DNA of 63,982 bases, counting the filler, from Phoronis australis (taxonomy: Eukaryota > Animalia > Phoronida), in assembly GCA_002633005.1 (NCBI GenBank). It is 6 parts of 6 records of this genome, joined end to end, with 100 filler letters (N's around TTAATTAATTAA, not from the genome) between each part and the next. Parts side by side here need not be neighbours in the genome. Positions count along the whole stretch, not along the records: positions 1 to 12,443 come from NMRA01000726.1; positions 12,544 to 30,129 come from NMRA01000373.1; 4 more parts are not named here. One strand, written 5' to 3'. Both the position numbers and the translations under genes were made by a program. Under the pieces are notes generated by a model. It did no database searches, was not told the DNA's origin, and saw nothing but the letters and a program-made list of their open reading frames with translations. Shown here piece by piece: positions 1-12,599 of this stretch (position 1 is the first letter of the stretch; the number at the start of each line of letters is the position of its first letter).

Positions 1-305
1 GACCAAAAATACCGTGTGTGTTGTTTCTGTGTGTCCCTAATTGAAGATGAATACCATTTTATATGTGTTTGTAAAAGGTACTGCTCTCTGAGAACTGCAT
101 TTATACCTGAGTGGTGCTGGCGTGAACCAAATAAACATAAATTTGTAAAACTTATGAAAATGTCGGAGCCCATTGCTCAGATTAACCTAATGAAATTTGT
201 ATTTCACGCCACTGCTCTCAGGGAAAAGCTGCTCAGCGTTATCCTGTAAACTTTATGTAACATGTGGGCCAAGGCCTTAAATGTTGAAATACATGAATTT
301 GAATA
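1..305 (+). mobile_element. 3' end of a non-LTR retrotransposon (LINE ORF2 C-terminal CCHC finger plus short 3' UTR)
   Basis: CCFC...IEDEYHFICVCKRYCSLR is the CxxC-x-EDExHF-xxxC motif that follows LINE reverse transcriptases. The stop at 249 is followed by a short UTR ending tgaatttgaat. Confidence 0.7.
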
Positions 306-2947
306 TATGTGTAAACGGGACTGACACAGAGCAAACTGATACCGCGGTGACAACTTTTGCCACCCGTTTGTGAGGTAGAGGAATTTGCGCTCGATCATGC
401 TCCGTGTAAATCATAAGTCTAAACGCGAAACTGGGGCAATGCGGAAAGGGTCATCTCTACTGCGCTTTAGCAATGACCTACATACGGGTTCTCTGTCTCT
501 GCAAATCCCGCCTCCCACGTCGGACGTTTTGTTTTAGTAGGCTTGTGAAAGTACGGTCGAGATTCATAAAGGATTAACTCGAACCAGTCTTCAGTTGATC
601 ATCGCACCGAAAGCTATTAGCACCGGTCTGTAACAAACTGCGCCCACCCACACACGGGAAAACGTGACAGTAGGAAACTTGCAATAGTGTCTGGACATTT
701 TTATGAGAAGTAACAGTTATATAATGTAACTTTCCACTTATTTTCCACAAAAGTAGTAGTCGAAATTGTTTCTTCATTTCAAAAAATTTTTTGTACTTTG
801 CTTTCACAAATATTGGAAACTTCAACAAAAGTAGTCTCATGACATATACACAGTACAAATTATGACTAAAATTTTCTTAATGTTTATTTTTGTGGAGAAG
901 TTTGACAAAATAGTCCCTGGTCTGCCATATTGAGTGCTAGATAAGTGAAAAATTAACGTAGTGGTATGTGAAATAAAACATTCCTAGATCACATGATCCC
1001 TGTTATTGAAGTGGACATCAAAGGGGTCTCAAACTGACGCAGTTCTAGATGAAATACACAACTAAGAGTGTCTACCTTTACCCTTTATATAGTGTGGAGT
1101 TTCTAGCAGAAGTATAAGTCAACAGTCCCACCTGTTGAGCACTTATTTCATCTGATCATCTAAAGGTAAGTGAATTTATCAACAACTGTAAAATGTTTAA
1201 GGAGATTAACAGTCTAACTGGGTAAAGAACTATTGCAAAATGTCATGATTCACACACAATTGGGAAAAAACAAATGTGCATCCCACATACACAGAAAATG
1301 ATCAGTTTTCAATACTTTATTCCATCACAGCTTAAGGAAATTGATAAAACAAACTCACTTCTCTCCACAACCTGTTTTGACTTAACACTGCGTTGAGTTT
1401 GAATTTTTCCGTTACAAGTTTGAAAAGCTAATGAAACAAATTTGAAGTAACGCAAGATTGGCAATTAGGACATTTTGGTCTTGTGGTACATAATATGCTC
1501 ATTGCATTTATTCCACTAAAGACTTAACACATAAACTGACTGCAGTAGGGACAGGGACTTAGGAAGCCATACATGGATTTTGAAATTCCAATTCAGTTTG
1601 AATTTTCTGTTGCGGAAAACAATGAAACTTCATTATGAAATACGAGGACAGTCAGATTTTGTTCTTTTGCAGTCATGAAAGTGGCACTCTGCATACTTGT
1701 TGTGACAGTTTTGGTTGGAACACTGGTGTGCCATGCGTCTGCAGATAACCAAGGGCAAATTGGCAAGTCCTTCTTTTCTGTGTTTCGTGGAAAAAATTAT
1801 CAATAATTGGGATTTGCATCACGTGATATTACAACAAGAGCAACGTGGAGCGCTGAAATGTGCCCACGACAGCACCGCAAATGGTGTGCTTCTATGGGTG
1901 TATTTAGTATCATAGAAACGGCCATTAGATGGCACAGAATGCGTCAAACCCGTACGACCTTGATAAGTGTGAATGCGAAGTAATACTAGTTCCTGCTTAT
2001 GATTACACAGCACAGTGGCACTGTTGATTTATGTCATTAATGACGAGCATGAGAATTTGGTTTGCCGAGTGTTATCAGAGAATTCTCATGACCCCACACT
2101 ATATATCTGAAATGGACTCTCTGACAATGGTTGGCATCCAGAATCTCTCACTCAACGCTAATGAATAGTCAATTCACCAGCTGCTATTCAGCTGACTTGG
2201 GAACATCATGCATCAGCAACGGCCAATGGAATTCACAAGAAACTTTCAGATATTATGTTTCATGCACAGGCGCTCGAATTTCCTGATGACTCATGATCAT
2301 GTATTGAGAAGTAGTGAGTGATGTCAGTGGTGATCGAGGAACAGATCAAATCAAGCGCCTGTCGTTTCATGCACTGTTCTCAATAACTCTGTTAGGAACA
2401 GTTTTAAAAATAGGACTTTTATGTATTTCATGAAAAATCTATCAAGTTGCATATACCAAAACTGGAATGATAGTTTTAGAAAACTGTTATTAACAGTATT
2501 TTTTGATAACTCACCTTGAATATATCAATAAAATTTGATCACCTTATTGATATCAATTTTAGTGAAAAATATGGTCACATGACCCAATTGATTACAAATG
2601 TCACTATATACAAAATCACCATCAGAACCCTGCAGGCTGGGTTGAAGAAGCTTTTTTACAATAATATCAGCAAAACGAGTTATCCTAGTGACCGTTTCGT
2701 AGGAAATTGCTGGTAAATATATCACCGGAACATTTTCCTCAGCAAACACAGAGTTACGAGTCAATTTTAAATATAAATGTAATACGGCATTATCAGCAAA
2801 TCAATCAGGTTTTATAACAATGACCCACAAATTGCTTTTCCTGAGACCAAGCGATACATTGACAGTAAGTATGAATTCACTAAATCCTAAGACCATCTGA
2901 CTGCCGAGTTAGAGAGAAATCGGCGAGACGTTCCATACGGGAAGTGT

Positions 2948-2994
2948 TCAGGGCGTCAGTTTAGGTGCCAACGTGATGGCTACCAGGGAGGTTA
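2948..2994 (-). CDS. Candidate terminal exon of the C-type lectin gene
   Basis: Strong acceptor tctttttctttcgcag. Read in phase 1, matching the previous exon, it gives VTSLVAITLAPKLTP-stop. No homology support. Confidence 0.3.
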
Positions 2995-5641
2995 CTGCGA
3001 AAGAAAAAGATGTTACTGCCAATCCTCAAAGTAAATACTAGGTAATCTACAGTACAAGCCCATAATTATCGATAATCAATAATCAATAATTCATTGGAAA
3101 AAATTATAGACGGAGAAGTTCCCGTGCCACGATTACTGATTTTGTTTCTTGTGGTAATGACTGGAAATGTGACAATATTTTAATAGAATTATTTAGTTTC
3201 CATGACAAAACTTGTTAGCCGATCCCTACAACTCCCTGTCACGATAGGATGAGAAAGACTTCGACAAAACTATGTGTCAAACCTATAGGTGAAATTCTTG
3301 TCCCAAATTGAAGAAAATTTAACACAGGCATGGTAATGTACGTTTTGCAGCTGTGTACCCATTACGGAGTCACCAGGTGGCAAGACTATCTCCTCGACCA
3401 GACAATTCACCTCGAGCTCCAAATAACATGTCGAGAAAGTCAAAGACATTTTGACAGTCTAAAAGTTGCACGAGGTTACGTTATGTCAGACGTAGTTCCA
3501 CCTTCATATTTATATACGTGTGGATGACAAAAATCAAGAGCAATCTCAATTGTACGAAGTACGGTAGTTGACAATGTATCCTACACATTAGCTTTCTAGC
3601 AAAATATAAAAAATAAGACCAATAACACAGCAATGTGATATAAAATTCACCACACAGGTACTCCTACACTGAAAATTATAGGGATCTATCTCACTCTTCA
3701 CCTTTCCAAACATTATAGATAATTTATCTTTAAATTCAAACAAAAATTGTTCCTGAAAGTTTCAAAACTTTTTTTACCTTTCAAAGGCAGCAACTGAAAT
3801 TCAGATCATTTTTAGGGCTGAAGGTACAGGAATTTTCAAAGAAGTTAACGATATAATTTCTTTCCGTCAAAAATTTGCCAAATTTCGAAGGACAAATTAC
3901 TGGCCATTGTTAAAATAATTTTACTGATATTTTTTGTTTGGTTTTGTGGTGTATTTATGCCCTAATTTCGACACACCAAACCAAAAATTGCTAATTCTAT
4001 TTTTAAATTTTCAAGTAAAATACAAATTCTGGCAGATAGATGTTCGGTATGAACATTGCTAAGATTTTTTCACCCAGACAGTGCCATGGTTTCTCCTCAG
4101 GTGAGTGACCCGAGTTTTCCTCACTACAATCGGGTACGATCAGACTTGGCTGGCATCAGCACGAATCAGGTTTTGAGCTCGATCCTTCAGCAGAGACAGC
4201 TAATATGGTCTCTTATGTGTAATTTGGTTATGGCTATCCACTGTTAAATTTTAAATTTGTGCTTTCAAAGACGCAACAAAATTAATTTTGCCTTCATCTA
4301 AAGAAAATATGTTCCAGCAACCTCGAAAAAATCATCCAACAATGAGAAAATGTGAAGCGTGCAAAAAATCATAGAACCCGCACAATGCGTTCTCCTTGCA
4401 AACTGCTTTCTGGAGAAACTTGACACTCGAGATGTTTCCTGTAACTGAATTAGGCGCAACGCCATGACCCAGACAAAAACTGCGAACTCAAAGCAGCTGT
4501 TTTGGCCACAGGAAAAATTGACAATGAAATCTAGCAACAAAAATGTTTACTTTCAGTTAATTCTGCTACACTTTACTCAAAAATAACGCTTAAATTACTA
4601 ACACTAGACCGTTTAACCTCCATACTCTCACTTTCTTCCCATAATGCATAGCTACAATATCGACGACAATGTCTTTTTTACGGAAAGCCTGTGAAACTAT
4701 CAACATACTGAATTGTGGGAAACCAAATAGCATACACACAGAGGAAACTAACAAAATTGGTGCATAATGCTTACATACTATGTAGCCTATCACAGATATA
4801 GTATATAGTGAGAGACTTAACGTTTACTAAATTAAAATTTAACTCTGGCGTCGCCCTCATTTAAATCGGCTTGCATATCACGTATCTCGATATAATAACC
4901 CACAGTTATCATCGCGTATGTTATATAACATATATTTACTGCTAATGAAAATAATTATAACTTACACCTGAATAGAGGAGACAGCAGCCAATCAGAATGG
5001 GGGCATATGTGGGCAAAGGGCGTTTCTCCTCTAGGCATCCATTTATACAGGAAGGCACATTGTCACGCTAACGCCACCTAGGACATTGCCCATTGTGTAT
5101 TTAGCTAACCCAGAGAGCTGGTGGTTGATCAAACAAAGCCAAATGTAATACACAACAAGTCTGCCACACAGCTCGAAGGATTGCCTTCACAGCAGTCAGA
5201 AGCATACTCAATAAGGCGGCGAGCGCTCGCAATCACTCTTGATAACTAGTTCGCTTAGAAATCCAAGATGGCGTCCAACCTGACCTTAGAGTTTCAAGAT
5301 GATTACCTATAGGAAGGGCAGTGAGGTACACTTAGGGGGTACACTTTGAAAAAATACCACAATATCCACACAACTGTTGTCAGAAGGTAATTGTTGTAAA
5401 TTTGGTACAGAAATAAACCATTTAATTTAATGGCTGGCATAATAAGTTTGCTTTATACTGAGTATAGCAGCCTTTCTTGGTTTTCTGGAGCAAAAGCACG
5501 CAGCAATAGTGAGCTCTCGCTTTTGGCACTTGGTCTCACTTTAGGTGGGCACCTTCTCCATTGAACAGGAATTTGAACTCGGGAACATCCACAGAGATGC
5601 ACAATATTTTCATCACGGTATAAAAATAACCTGAAACTTAC

Positions 5642-5816
5642 CAGGAAGCTTCTTACACACAGCGGGCAGTGACTTCGTACAGAGGTCATCCGTCCATCTT
5701 CCGTCCGACACGTTAAATGATACGCATCCCTCACCATCGCGACGGGACGGCTCATTGGCTGCCCAGTTGGTATAAATGACCGGCCAGTTGTTGACCCACG
5801 AGTAGATGCCAGATTT
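5642..5816 (-). CDS. C-type lectin (macrophage mannose receptor-like) exon, second half of CTLD B
   Basis: ag|KSGIYSWVNNWPVIYTNWAANEPSRRDGEGCVSFNVSDGRWTDDLCTKSLPAVCKKLP|gtaagt. CTLD motifs YTNW, EPS, WTD and the C-terminal Cys pair are present; phase 0 to 1. Confidence 0.93.
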
Positions 5817-7294
5817 CTACAAAATCAATACAGGTAACAAGAGAAGCCCACATCATTAACGTACAATTTGTCAATGACACCATGCAATAATGTCAAATCA
5901 AATTCCAACTAAAAAAATTAGGGGCTTTGTGCAATTTTGAATTAATGTGACAGAATAAGGTTTGGCAAGAAAGCTATTTAATCACATCAGTTTCATATCA
6001 TTGCTGAATGCTGGCATAAAGTCTGTTGGAGATTCACAGGGATGTGCAACAGCCAATCCACACCATTTTTGAAACAGTTAAAACGAAAAGACCAGGATAC
6101 AAATAGCAGAAAGTCGGAAGACGATACTACAATATATGATTACAATTATGATGCAATACAAAGATAGAAAACGTGAAGAAATCCTTTGCTTCAAATTCTG
6201 TATTAAAATGTTTTTACAGTTTCAAAATACCTCTCAGGAAAAGAATATGCAACGGTGACACCCTCAATGGTCATGATTGGGCAACTCGACCGGTTTGCCT
6301 ACCGCGAAATCTGCCACAATGATCATCTTGAACATTTATATCAAATGAAATTCAGTCAGTGTTATTGGTAAGTAACTATTGTTCAGCAACGACTACTTTT
6401 TTCTTGCTAAGTTTTACTAAAAATGTGTACATGCGACCCAAACAACAACAGATTGGTGTAAATTCAAAAATCAAATTCAACAGACTTTAAAATGTCCACT
6501 TTTTATGAGTTAAATTTTAGTTTCGTAGAAATTTGTCTGAATGCACGGTCCTACATAATAAAGTTGCTATAAGCCTGCATTCTATCAAAGGAACATCAAG
6601 CTTTAGAATAACACCACTTATACTGCTGTGATACTGGTATAACACTTGACACATCAAACGACCTGCAATGGCAAACCAACTTGTTGAGGATGGACTTGAG
6701 CAATAACAGCATTTTGGGCTTGGAGGCAGTAACTACTTGGCAAAGCGACATAGAATTTTTTGGGTGGTTGTAAATAATGGGTGTCATTCATACACAATAA
6801 CCCTTTTGAAATTGATATACAACGTCACTGAACGCAGTCTTTTTGAATTCAGCTCTTAGCATACAACTGTGCCAGTTGGGCTATGCAAGTAGGCACAGCT
6901 TAACAATAACTTAATGGTCTGGGCTGAGAAGACAATTGTTTTATTACCCCCGCTGGATTCTGAAAAGCACAGCCTGAAATGAAGTGCTCCTTTCTCCAAT
7001 GAAAAGACGAAACGTTGAATTGAACAATAAATGAACTTTTTTATTTGTGCGGCGATTGTCCGGTTTTTGATCCTTTCTCCAAGCCCAGAAACCATTTCAT
7101 GTTTGAGCTAAAAAGTGCCAAGACCAAAAATGTTGTAACCCTAAGTGGTCAAAATCAAAAGCAAGTTCATGTTTCCCTTGTAAAGCATGGAGATATTTCG
7201 CAATGACTTGCGTGATCTTTTGTTTTCGCAAGAGTCGTTCATCTACGGTACTCGGCCTGGGTTTATACAGCTTCAAAATCACCACGGAGCTTAC

Positions 7295-7542
7295 CACAGT
7301 ATCGGCCAGACCCGTCCAGAACGACGTTACCCCGTTCTGCTGTTGTAACCATGTGCGTAAGAATGACTGTTCATATTGAGACGTGATGGTGACCAGAGTG
7401 GACGACTGAAGGGTTTGGCAGCTGGTCAAGGCCTCGGACCATGGGCTGGACGATCCGAGGAAGTAGTAGCAGGCATCACCGTACGGCACCCAGCCAGAGG
7501 AGCATGTGTTGACAGTTGGCTCAGGGGTAAGTATATCAGCCT
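7295..7542 (-). CDS. C-type lectin exon, linker plus first half of CTLD B
   Basis: cag|..ADILTPEPTVNTCSSGWVPYGDACYYF..WSEALTSCQ..LVTITSQYEQSFL..FWTGLADTV|gtaagc; phase 1 to 0. Confidence 0.95.
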
Positions 7543-7995
7543 CTGAATAAACAAATGAATTCAATAATTAATTTTGCCAATTTCTTCAATTTGCACAAAA
7601 AAGTATTATACTAAATAGACACAGGTCAGCGGTATAACTTTCAGTCTGAGGATGAAGGAATCATTAATTTTTATTTCAAAAATTACGCTAATTTCTCCTG
7701 ACCAGTAACTGACCTATGGTCAGGTGTCATATCAGCGAGTGGATGATGGAATTGGTTTTTATAACGTGAAAACATTAATTCTTTTGTTATCAAGTACTAG
7801 TCAATGTAATGGGAAAAAAGAGGCCAAGGCCACTGATGTACATGCAACACTCGGGACTCACACCAGCCAATCACTCCCTTTATAGTTCTCCTCCCTCCAG
7901 CTTTTCAAAGCCTCCCTCTTCAAATACCCAATTTACTTGACTTAAGACCCACCCCATTTCTGGAGATCCCTCAATTTAAACACCCTGGGTGTTAA

Positions 7996-8285
7996 AGGGA
8001 CATTAAAAAGTGATTTTCTGAGATCAGCCTCAACATGAAAATGAATATGGATGGTGTTTCAATTGCTTTGCTGTAGAAATCTATAAACCCCAATCAACAA
8101 ATGGCAAAGCATTGTAAGCATTAGTTAACTGATCCCTCACCAGCTTTGAATTCCGGGAATCTCTGGCAGGCAATGGTGAATAATGTTGATTTCATAAAAT
8201 CAGATTTTGTTGTTTCATATCTCTGGTTAAACGTAACGACTTCAAGAAGTCCCTCACTTAGCACAATAGTCACCATAGTGTCCCT
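7996..8285. mobile_element. Kolobok-type MITE in a lectin intron
   Basis: TTAA on both sides (7992-7995, 8286-8289); termini AGGGACATTA and TAGTGTCCCT are inverted repeats. Confidence 0.65.
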
Positions 8286-8349
8286 TTAACCCCGAGAAGT
8301 ATCGGTTAATGAATTTCCTTACAGTACCCGTTTGTCACTGTTCACTTAC

Positions 8350-8452
8350 TTTTATACGTCATACAGATATAACCACGGTAACCGGTACACCTGACATCAT
8401 TCCATCGACCCACGTGATTGTCGAGGGAAGTCTGCAGTTCAACACATTTTTC
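8350..8452 (-). CDS. C-type lectin exon, end of CTLD A
   Basis: cag|EKCVELQTSLDNHVGRWNDVRCTGYRGYICMTYK|gtaagt; WND motif; phase 0 to 1. Confidence 0.93.
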
Positions 8453-8931
8453 CTGAAATAGAATAAAAATAGAAATGTCACAGAAAGTGGAAATGCGCTA
8501 TTACACTAAGTGTGAAAATGGTTCTTTTCATCTAAAAATGCCCTTTATTAAATGTTCAAAAGGTGAACAGCTCACTACAGTAATCATATAGGGGTTAAAT
8601 CTGTGAACGGCAACTCCAAATTANNNNNNNNNNNNNNNNNNNNNNNNNNNNNNNNNNNNNNNNNNNNNNNNNNNNNNNNNNNNNNNNNNNNNNNNNNNNN
8701 NNNNNNNNNNNNNNNNNNNNNNNNNNNNNNNNNNNNNNNNNNNNNNNNNNNNNNNNNNNNNNNNNNNNNNNNNNNNNNNNNNNNNNNNNNNNNNNNNNNN
8801 NNNNNNNNNNNNNNNNNNNNNNNNNNNNNNNNNNNNNNNNNNNNNNNNNNNNNNNNNNNNNNNNNNNNNNNNNNNNNNNNNNNNNNNNNNNNNNNNNNNN
8901 NNNNNNNNNNNNNNNNNNNNNNNNNNNNNNN

Positions 8932-9885
8932 AAAAAAATAAAACAGCAAGAGCGTAGTGAAATGTTGATTTTATTAATTAACCCTGGTAATTAAAATTAT
9001 ACGGATGAAAGAACATTTAAATGTGTGCAGTTTTAGTGTTTGGGGGTAGGGGGGGAGGGGCGGGGGGGCTCAGATTCAATTTCAAGTATCAAATTCGGAA
9101 CACGGCTTATTCGTAATGGAATTATGGCTAAGTATAGGCTCTCCCGCGATATCCCAGGCGACCGACAGTGGCGCTGCACACTATGACTCCGTTTCTGTCG
9201 TCTGCTCCACTGTGCAATGAAGAAAATTTACTTCATTTTTTAAAGAAAATGGAACCTGAGTGACGATGAAAAAAACAGAAGCTGCTGGTAAAAAGTGAAT
9301 TTTAATCGAAGCCTTAGTGAATCACTCAGAAACTCATCATTCTCTCTTTGTCAAACCTTAACTTAAGACGATTTCCAAAGCAATCCCGTCATTATTGCCA
9401 ACACGAAAAACGGATTTGGTCTTTTGGGCATTTTAAATACAACAAATTTGTTAAGAACCGATTGCACAAAATATAAAACGTGTAATAAGCATTACAAAAA
9501 GAAGTAAGTTTCGCGTGCAAACGCTGTGGACCATAAACAAGTAGGTGTCTTGGTAACCAAGCAGGAGTTAAAACGTGGTGGTGTAGTGGTAAAGCATGAG
9601 CGCTCTGTTCGCTAGGTTGTGAGTTCGAGTCTCTGGTATATTTCATTTTTCCTGTTTGCCCCTTTTCTTTTTTTTGCTTTTTTTCTTGGATAATATTTCA
9701 GGAATCAAGGAAAATGCTTGATTTTTAGAGGAAAAAACAAAATTTCTTGAGCGGGAGGGGGGCAAACCCCCCTCCCGTCCTCCCCCCATTCGGTGCTATG
9801 CGCATCTACAATCGTGGTTTGCGCAAATGCTTATAGCCGGACAAAATGTTGGGCCCCCCCTTGCGATATCCTAGATCCGCTTCTG
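8932..9885 (+). mobile_element. hAT-like MITE family X, copy A (left end lost in a gap), with tRNA-like cassette
   Basis: Colinear with 23812-24617 and with the reverse complement of 34633-35566; ends in CCTAGATCCGCTTCTG. Confidence 0.8.
9574..9638 (+). promoter_or_regulatory. tRNA-derived Pol III A/B-box cassette inside MITE X copy A
   Basis: A box TGGTGTAGTGG and B box GTTCGAGTC at tRNA-like spacing, with a T-run downstream; no acceptor stem. Confidence 0.6.
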
Positions 9886-10996
9886 AATTATGTTGACATT
9901 TTTCGCTCTACTTCTACAGAATGACCTGGAGATGAATGTCTATTGTTTGTGTACTCAAATATATTGATTTTATTTATCAGCTTCTAGTACCAAGACTGCA
10001 GTCGCTGGCTCTTGATCTGACCTACAAACTGAGTTACCATTCATGCCTCTCGATGTGTTAATACCGGGGACATCAAATGACAAAAAAATGAGCGACAGGA
10101 TTAAACAGTAACCAAGACGTACCTCAGCTTACAATTACAAACGTTTACCTGCAGCTTATACTAAAAAATACAAAGAATTGTTAGGAGTTCGAGTTCAAGT
10201 TTATACATTTGAACAAGAGCCTTGAAAATTATCAAACATTTTTTGAGAAAGATTTTTTTAAAATTTCATTCATGATTTTAACGTTATATATAAAACCCTA
10301 GAACAAAACTTTCAAATTTTGCAATGCCACACCTCAAAAACTTTAACATATACTGTTAGAAATTCTTTATACAAAGTTCCATTATTGCATGAGAAGCTAT
10401 CAAAAATGGGACTTTTATGGAGAAAATCAAAAGTTGCATGAAAAGGAAATGAAAGACTTTAGAAAAACGTAACTGCTAACAGCGTTTTTGAGATTTCATC
10501 TTGAAAATTTATATAAAATATTAATAATATAACCATGTTATTGATATCATTGTTACTATGGATGAACCTTTCTTGTGTTGGCAAAACTCAATAAATGACG
10601 TGGTCACATGAACCGATTAATGTCAGATAAGTAAAAAGTCAAAAATTAAAGTTTACACACACTGGTTTTCTAATTTCAGAAAATCCATACTTTTACCGAT
10701 TTAAAAGTAATTTTTGTAGATATTTGGCTAGTCTGACTCGTGGATGAGGCAATACATAACTTTAAGACCATCATGAGGACCAACCTAAACAGGGGCAACG
10801 GTAACAATTCTTCTATTTGGGACAAAAATAATATTGCTGGTGTTGGGCATGTTTACATTTTCAGAATTGATGTTTACTGTATCGGTGAGAAATTTGACTA
10901 AACAGAGTTTCACTTGACTACCATTGTGTCAGCACAGAGAATGAAAGCAAAACGTCTACAAAACACGTCAAGTTAAATTTAATTGAAGTGACGTAC

Positions 10997-11139
10997 GTCT
11001 TTTGAGTTGGGTTCACCCTGATCCCAGTTTGTGTAAGTAACATCGTCGTTGCTGACCCACATGTAAGAGTTGTCGCGCATTACTTTCAACCCAATCCATA
11101 CTGTTCGATCCATTCCACGCAGCTTGCTAACGAGGAAGT
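10997..11139 (-). CDS. C-type lectin exon, middle of CTLD A (EPN motif)
   Basis: cag|(D)FLVSKLRGMDRTVWIGLKVMRDNSYMWVSNDDVTYTNWDQGEPNSKD|gtacgt; WIGL and EPN motifs; phase 1 to 0. Confidence 0.93.
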
Positions 11140-12180
11140 CTGCAAATGGATAATATCAAATTTTGCATGATTTTTGAGATTGGAAATGAACAGCAGCTTG
11201 TTACTGCCGCAGATCACAGGCGTAAAAAGGAGTCCATGTCAACCTAGATCTTTGAGCCTCATCTCATGAAGAAAAAAACTAAACTTTAATTTCTTACCAA
11301 GCTAATAAGTACACTATGATCTATGTTCGGACTGTCAATGTCACAGACATCAAAGGATTATGCAACAAACATTTCATCATCACCGTAGTTCAAAGATATG
11401 AGTAATGACAAGTTGAGAACATGTTATAAAAAAAATCAACTTACTCAGAGATCAAGGTGAGAACAGTCGAATTTTTAAGTCAACTTGTAGCAAAAACTAA
11501 TCTGAGAGATGTCTGACGGCAAGATATAAAAAACTTTCACAGGTGGTGTGAGCACATAATATCATGAATACAGGCGATATGATGGATAGCTTTGATAACG
11601 AGAAATTACTCGTTAAAACATGTTTAGTAACAATTTCAATATCAAAGCAGTATAATATTTTAGACAACGTCAAAGAGTATCATATCATGTAAGTACAATC
11701 AATGTGACAGGCAAAAAGTATCCGATGTATAAAAATTTACAAAAACAAAGTACACAAAAATAAGCATTACGTCATTAGCAATGTTTCCACTCTTCTTAAA
11801 AACGGAGCGTTGCATTTTGCAACAACTTGCCTACGCTACAACCAAATTTCAGACATTTGACGAAACAAGCCCTTGAGGTTTCAGGTATACACCATAACCT
11901 TTGTTGACAATCAACGCGAATACATCAAAACTCTCCAGCATGGTCCCTTGACTGTTTTAACAAATACTCACCCCCCTCCCGGCAAACTGAATGTAAACGA
12001 AACACACCCACAATTCCCAGACTCTGTCGGTGTAACATTATTCGCACTTGTATTATCAATTATTTATAGTTTATTACATCTTGATTATTCTTCTTTCTCA
12101 CCCTTCTTAGATTTGAGGTCATTTATATATATCAGTTTCGTGCTGCCTTATTTACATTTTCAAGGTCAGACAGCATCTAA

Positions 12181-12443
12181 AGGCGAAGGCAACCTTTTTC
12201 CATGTCATTTTGAGCTAAAATAAGGTTGGTTGGTTATCCTAGACATATTTTTCACTTAATTACAGCTTTTCGTAATTTTATTAATTACTCGTCCGCTTTT
12301 CCGGAAGTGACGTTTTAGGAGGCAAGCGCTTCCCGCCACTTGGTTTTGCGTTGAGCTTACTGTGCGAATCTGTTCTATTCTACTTTTGTTTTGTGCTATT
12401 TTTCACCAATTGTCGCCACCACTTTCCATCGGCGAGTATTCTG
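12181..12443. mobile_element. One end of a Kolobok element related to 30928-32245, truncated by the linker
   Basis: CTAA|AGGCGAAGGCAACC followed by about 150 bp that align to the TIR at 30928, including CCGGAAGTGACG. Confidence 0.75.
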
Positions 12444-12543
12444 NNNNNNNNNNNNNNNNNNNNNNNNNNNNNNNNNNNNNNNNNNNNTTAATTAATTAAN
12501 NNNNNNNNNNNNNNNNNNNNNNNNNNNNNNNNNNNNNNNNNNN
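12444..12543. other. Artificial contig linker
   Basis: 44 N + TTAATTAATTAA (stop codons in six frames) + 44 N, identical at five places. Confidence 0.95.
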
Positions 12544-12599
12544 TTTCATCTGAAATTAAAAGTTAATATTACTCAGTGGGAAAGGACAGGTATTTGTAC

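Noticed and set aside
9574-9638. Functional tRNA gene
   Set aside because: No acceptor stem or stable anticodon arm; it varies between MITE copies.
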